DNA of 63,042 bases, the filler included, from Globobulimina sp. (Eukaryota), in assembly GCA_003354225.1 (NCBI GenBank). It is 22 parts of 22 records of this genome, joined end to end, with 100 filler letters (N's around TTAATTAATTAA, not from the genome) between each part and the next. Parts side by side here need not be neighbours in the genome. Positions count along the whole stretch, not along the records: positions 57,407 to 60,174 come from PIVH01004971.1; positions 60,275 to 63,042 come from PIVH01004972.1; 20 more parts are not named here. One strand, 5' to 3'. A program made the translations under genes and the position numbers. How positions within the stretch are numbered: the stretch's first letter is position 1; each line of letters starts with the position of its first letter. Under the pieces are notes generated by a model that was not told the origin of the DNA, did not search any database, and worked only from the letters and a program-made list of their open reading frames with translations. Shown here piece after piece: positions 58,485-63,042 of this stretch.

Positions 58485-59969
58485 TCATGGGAGATTATAA
58501 TGTTTTTTGATTGCTTGATTTTGCAAATTTGAAACATAATAAGCATTTTTCCATAAAATAATTTGTTTCATTTTATCACAAGTTACAAATGTATATTGAT
58601 TTAATTTCTTAATTGAAATTATTCGATCAGAATGAAAACTGAATTTATTAATCAATAAACTCTCAGAATCAATACATAAATCATTTACAATATTCTTATT
58701 TTTATTTTTATTTTTATGTTTTTTATTATATGAATCATATAATAGTTCCTGACGAAAACAAGACAACCAAACACCTGTTTTTATTTTATTTAAATTAATC
58801 TTTGTTAAATCCAAAAATTTGATAACATTTTTTTTATTATTTGCAGTAATTAATATTAAATTATTTTTTTCGCCAAACACAGTCATACCAATTATTTCTG
58901 TACTATTATGATATACATTTTTGACGATCGCTTTAACCAAGAATTTAGCGTCAAAAATAACAATGGCATTCGAGAAGGAGACAATAAAGTATTTATCCCC
59001 ACCATTTGGATCAATAAAATGAATAAAACAATTTAATTTTAAATCTTGTGCCTCTGTAATTATTGTCCCAGCGCCTTTCGAATGCGTGGACCACGACGAT
59101 ATATTATCTTCGACATAGTTTATCCGTTCTAAACATTGCGGAAAAGGAAAATCAATTCGCCAGACACATATTAGTCCGTCGTATGAGGCGGTTATAAAAC
59201 GGTCACACGACGACTGGTAAATGTATTTAATTTCGCTTCCATGTTTATTTATTAATTTTATTCGATCGTTCTTTTCAAAATTTACAAAAACGATTTTGCC
59301 ACTCACACATCCAATGATTAATTGTTTTGTATTTGTATTTAAAAATAGCATTTGTGTGATATTTATTTCTGTTTTTATATTGGTTAAACGTAATAATTTT
59401 ACCTCTTCATTTAGAACTGACCAAATCCCAATTTCTCCATTATTTGACGCAGTAATTAATCCGTTGGAAAATATCATTTTGGTGATTGCCGATTTATGAT
59501 TGTTAAATATTGAAATACAGTGTATATCACCACTTATATCGAGATGCCATGCTCGCAATGTATGATCCAATGAGGCAGAGATTAATAATGAATCAATCAC
59601 TAATAAACATAATATTGGAGCAGTGTGACCAGAGAGTACATCTAATAATAACCCATTATCTATGGACCAAATTAATATTAAACAATCATCCGCCGAGGAG
59701 GCAAACCTATTTTCGTCAACGCGACATAAACAACGCACAATATTACTGTGTCCGGATAAGTATTGGATTTGGATGTTATTTTTGAGTTTAAATGGCGAAA
59801 TATCCTTATTAGTGTCAGTATTATCACTATCATTATTGTTATCCTTTGGATCTGATGTTTTTTCGTCATCACTATTATTATCAATACTATTATTGCCACT
59901 ATTACCCATTCCAAAGAAAGAGAATGGATTCAACGACGCCAAACTACGTCTTCGCTTTTTGCCAGACAT
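58485..59969 (-). CDS. WD40-repeat protein, WDR41-like
   Basis: LSGHSNIVRCL.RVDENRFASSADD..ILIW..NG..L..LSGHT.PI resembles the WDR41 N-terminal repeats; further GH/WD-like repeats follow. ATG at 59969. Confidence 0.75.
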   Translation of the reverse strand: MSGKKRRRSLASLNPFSFFGMGNSGNNSIDNNSDDEKTSDPKDNNNDSDNTDTNKDISPFKLKNNIQIQYLSGHSNIVRCLCRVDENRFASSADDCLILIWSIDNGLLLDVLSGHTAPILCLLVIDSLLISASLDHTLRAWHLDISGDIHCISIFNNHKSAITKMIFSNGLITASNNGEIGIWSVLNEEVKLLRLTNIKTEINITQMLFLNTNTKQLIIGCVSGKIVFVNFEKNDRIKLINKHGSEIKYIYQSSCDRFITASYDGLICVWRIDFPFPQCLERINYVEDNISSWSTHSKGAGTIITEAQDLKLNCFIHFIDPNGGDKYFIVSFSNAIVIFDAKFLVKAIVKNVYHNSTEIIGMTVFGEKNNLILITANNKKNVIKFLDLTKINLNKIKTGVWLSCFRQELLYDSYNKKHKNKNKNKNIVNDLCIDSESLLINKFSFHSDRIISIKKLNQYTFVTCDKMKQIILWKNAYYVSNLQNQAIKKHYNLP

Positions 59970-60274
59970 TGAACGTGAAGCGAAAACTTTTTTAAGTGTA
60001 AATAAATATATATATAAAAATTCAATACAGTCGTAACTAAGCCAAAAAGTGCAATGGATATAGTTAGATTTGATTATGAAGACACAGTAGAACATGTAAT
60101 GAAAACACATAAACGAAAGGTATCTCAATTAGCATCATTAGAACAAGAATTGGGTTTATATTTTGATGAAGAAGNNNNNNNNNNNNNNNNNNNNNNNNNN
60201 NNNNNNNNNNNNNNNNNNTTAATTAATTAANNNNNNNNNNNNNNNNNNNNNNNNNNNNNNNNNNNNNNNNNNNN

Positions 60275-60634
60275 CAAACGTTTTGCTATTTGATAAATTG
60301 TACTTGGAACGAAATTTGCTGCGTCTAATTCAAGCATACAATCTGCGAATAAAATATACCGTGTGTCACAGCTGATGTTGTTTAAAGTTCCATAAATCCG
60401 GCCAAAATTAAAATGTTTTGCATGACTCATTTGACATGACAAAATAAATTGACTATTTTTGCATATAATATTAACGTTTCGTAACTTGCAATATTGTTTA
60501 ATATCTATCTCTTTCAAAAGTTTCAATAATTCCCAAACATTTTGTTTGGTTCGAGCAATAAATGTTTTTCCAACTAAGCCTGACTGTACTTTGCATAATG
60601 ATGTTTCCATTGATGTTTTCATTGATGTTTTCAT
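60275..60634 (-). CDS. 3'-partial hypothetical ORF divergent from the Rep-like gene
   Basis: ATG-initiated, intronless and open into the gap; begins with MKTS repeats. Confidence 0.4.
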
Positions 60635-60749
60635 TAATCGATAATCTAAAGCTATTAAAAATAAAAAAAGTACTTATTTCATAATATGAGTGATTATGAG
60701 AAATTATTAATTAAGTACTTTTTCTTTTAATTATATTATATTATTGTTT

Positions 60750-62267
60750 ATGGCATATAATATGACCCAACTACATTATTACACGCAAGAAGAGAAGGAA
60801 TATATGTTAAACAACACGCTAAACACACAAAATTCATATAACACACAAAATTCGTATGGTTATGGCCCCAATAGGCATAATTTCAACTGTGCCTCTCAAC
60901 GTTTTGATCCGTTACAACCGCATCCGTTTCAACAGCGTTTAAGGCAACGAATATTATCTCGACCACCTCCTAGAATTTTATCTCAACCTCCTCCTAGAAT
61001 TTTATCTCAACCACCTATAGTTTTACCAGTTCAAGGGCACCAACCGCGAGTACAGGGAATATTTTCACAACCTGTAATAAATAGAGAACGACCTCAACAA
61101 CGCCCTTTGTCTTTGTCGCAACCGTTATCCCATATTTCTGTCAATAAGTTTAATTATTTGACTCTGTTATTAGGTGTCAAAATAAGACGATATTTCCAAT
61201 TTAATTGTACACAGAAACCATTGTTTAAAGAATTTAAATTGTCAGAGCTGGCTGTGACATCTGGGGATGTTTTTTACAGTGGAATTGGTAAAGTTATGTC
61301 TGAAAGCAGTGCTATTGATATATGGCAACAAATATTCCACTCAGACACTGCAGAAGATTGCTTTATCAAACCAATAAAATCAAAGACTTATAAAAATATA
61401 TTAAAAACAATTGAAAATGAAGAAAATATCGAATTATTTGGAGAGTTAAAATGTGATATAATATTTGGAGATAACAAAGAAACGTGGGATTTATGTCATG
61501 ACCATATAAAAAATGGAATATTTGTGGAAGAATTGACACAAGAACAGTTTATGAAAAAATATTGCTCCGAAACAGGTACAATTGGTTATGAGTGTTGGAT
61601 GATGAAAAAAAAAAAAATAGACGACATTTATGAAAAATTAACTAACGACTATAAAATAGACGAAGAAGAAGAAGCGTTAGCAAAAGCTTTGGATTATATT
61701 AATAATATTATTAGGGATAACGACGAGGATTATTTATATTTAAAACAGTTAACTTATCTTTGCGTCCAACGCCATCATCGGAAAATGTTTTGGGTCTTTG
61801 ATAAAAACGGTGAGAAATTTAAGTCCTCACTTTGCAAAGGTCTAAAAGCAATATTGGGAAACGACATATATGTATTGACACATTTTACTGATATGGATAA
61901 TTTATGTAATTTAATCAAAAAAAATCCATACAAAAAAGTATTATTAATTGACTTACCAAAAAATGGATCAAAATTAATTGTTCCTACAGTAGTGGAGCAA
62001 CTGAAAAATGGATATTTAACCAGTACAAAGTATCGCGGATGCAACGCAATTTCAAAGCCTTTGGCTATAATATTTTTTTCAAACGAAGAAGCTCCAAAAG
62101 ACTCGTTTACTAAAAATCGTTTATATGAGTTAGAAATAGAAGACAATCACATAAAAATGAACGATAATGATTTAATTGAAACATGTCCGGATATTCCCAA
62201 TGATGATGAATTCCATGGCTTGACTTTGCAACAAGTAGTTACAAAATATAATAAATTGAGAAGATAA
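60750..62267 (+). mobile_element. rep: CRESS-DNA-virus-like replication protein (SF3 helicase, nanovirus/alphasatellite-like C-terminus); virus or endogenous viral element
   Basis: RKMFWVFDKNGEKFKS (Walker A region), LLIDLPK (Walker B), EQLKNG..STKY (B'), IIFFSN (C) and KNRL (Arg finger) are in the order seen in nanovirus-type Reps. Intronless. Confidence 0.7.
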
Positions 62268-62270
62268 GTT

Positions 62271-62441
62271 ATTTTTGAGTCACTAAGTGAGTGACAGACT
62301 GTTCTATGTTTTTATTCCTTGCTAACAATTTTTGAGTCACTAAGTGAGTGACAGACTGTTTATATTCCAAATCGTATCAATTTATGTGTGCTCCAAATCG
62401 TATCAATTATATTCCAAATCAAACTCCAAATCGTATCAATT
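62271..62441 (+). repeat. Two 33-nt direct repeats with internal hairpin plus three 17-nt direct repeats
   Basis: ATTTTTGAGTCACTAAGTGAGTGACAGACTGTT at 62271-62303 and 62328-62360; TCCAAATCGTATCAATT at 62366, 62392 and 62425. Confidence 0.92.
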
Positions 62442-63042
62442 CCATTGCGCTGCATCCACTGCTCTCAAACTCATCATTTTACCTTTAATATTATATAAAA
62501 ATTACAAACAAAATAAAAAACAAACATAATTTTACTTAATTTTAATGTGTATTAATGGTGTTTGGTAACACCACCAGAAAATGTATGATTGTTGATAGCC
62601 AATACAGGCATTTAAAGGGAACCTGAATTGGCATATTTTCATTCAATTTGTTTGTGTGTTTTGCGTATTTTCATTGTGTCTGTTATGCGGTGTTTGTGTG
62701 TGTATCAATAAGTGAGTGCTGAATATGTGACATGCGGATCTATGGAGTTGCAAATGCTTTGATTATGCGCCAAATCGCAATGCGGCGCTCTGTGCAAAAC
62801 AACCAAAACAAAATAACCAAAACAAAATATATATATAAAAATTAACTGAGTTTGGATTATTAATCCAATGTAAAAGAATGCAGGATTGGTTTGTGTTGAT
62901 TTATGATCGGCGAGGACCAATACAAGGCATTAAAAAGAACCTGGCGGCACATCGACATCATCAAAATTTGCGATTTTGCGTATGAAAATATGTGGATAAT
63001 ATCTATGATTTTATGCTCCAAACCAGGTATTAATAAAACCTG

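Noticed and set aside
62271-62441. CRISPR array interpretation of the repeats after rep
   Set aside because: There are two different repeat units, the spacers are short and irregular, no cas genes are present, and the context is eukaryotic or viral.

Overview
This is not one locus. It is 22 unrelated contigs of 2768-2772 bp, sorted by decreasing length and joined by identical 100-nt spacers (N44-TTAATTAATTAA-N44), so nothing is linked across a spacer. The DNA is mostly AT-rich eukaryotic sequence in the standard code with many short GT-AG introns (about 46-170 nt). The style suggests a protist, possibly a foraminiferan/rhizarian amplified genome (inference, unverified). Recognisable genes are a Nudix hydrolase, a RING-H2 protein, mucin-like PT-repeat proteins, an ARF GTPase head-to-head with a RhoBTB, a carboxylesterase, an M28 peptidase, a PhyH dioxygenase, an MMPL transporter, a GH27 galactosidase, a Ser/Thr kinase, a class IV sirtuin, a kinesin-14, a formin, RAD54B and a WDR41-like protein. 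The most interesting items are: (1) a PLS-type PPR protein with an intact DYW cytidine-deaminase active site, a candidate organellar C-to-U editing factor; (2) an Upf1-like SF1 helicase + ZZ finger + CDIN1/TPD PD-(D/E)xK nuclease fusion; (3) a CRESS-DNA-virus-like Rep with a divergent partner ORF, an intergenic stem-loop and downstream repeats; (4) a RelA/SpoT-like nucleotidyltransferase domain; (5) a PHD-bearing CRE-like retrotransposon ORF cut by a fold-back; (6) LOTUS-methyltransferase and RING-kinesin-14 fusions; (7) a GC-rich bacterial nnr fragment abutting eukaryotic DNA. All domain calls come from motif recognition by eye, not from database searches.
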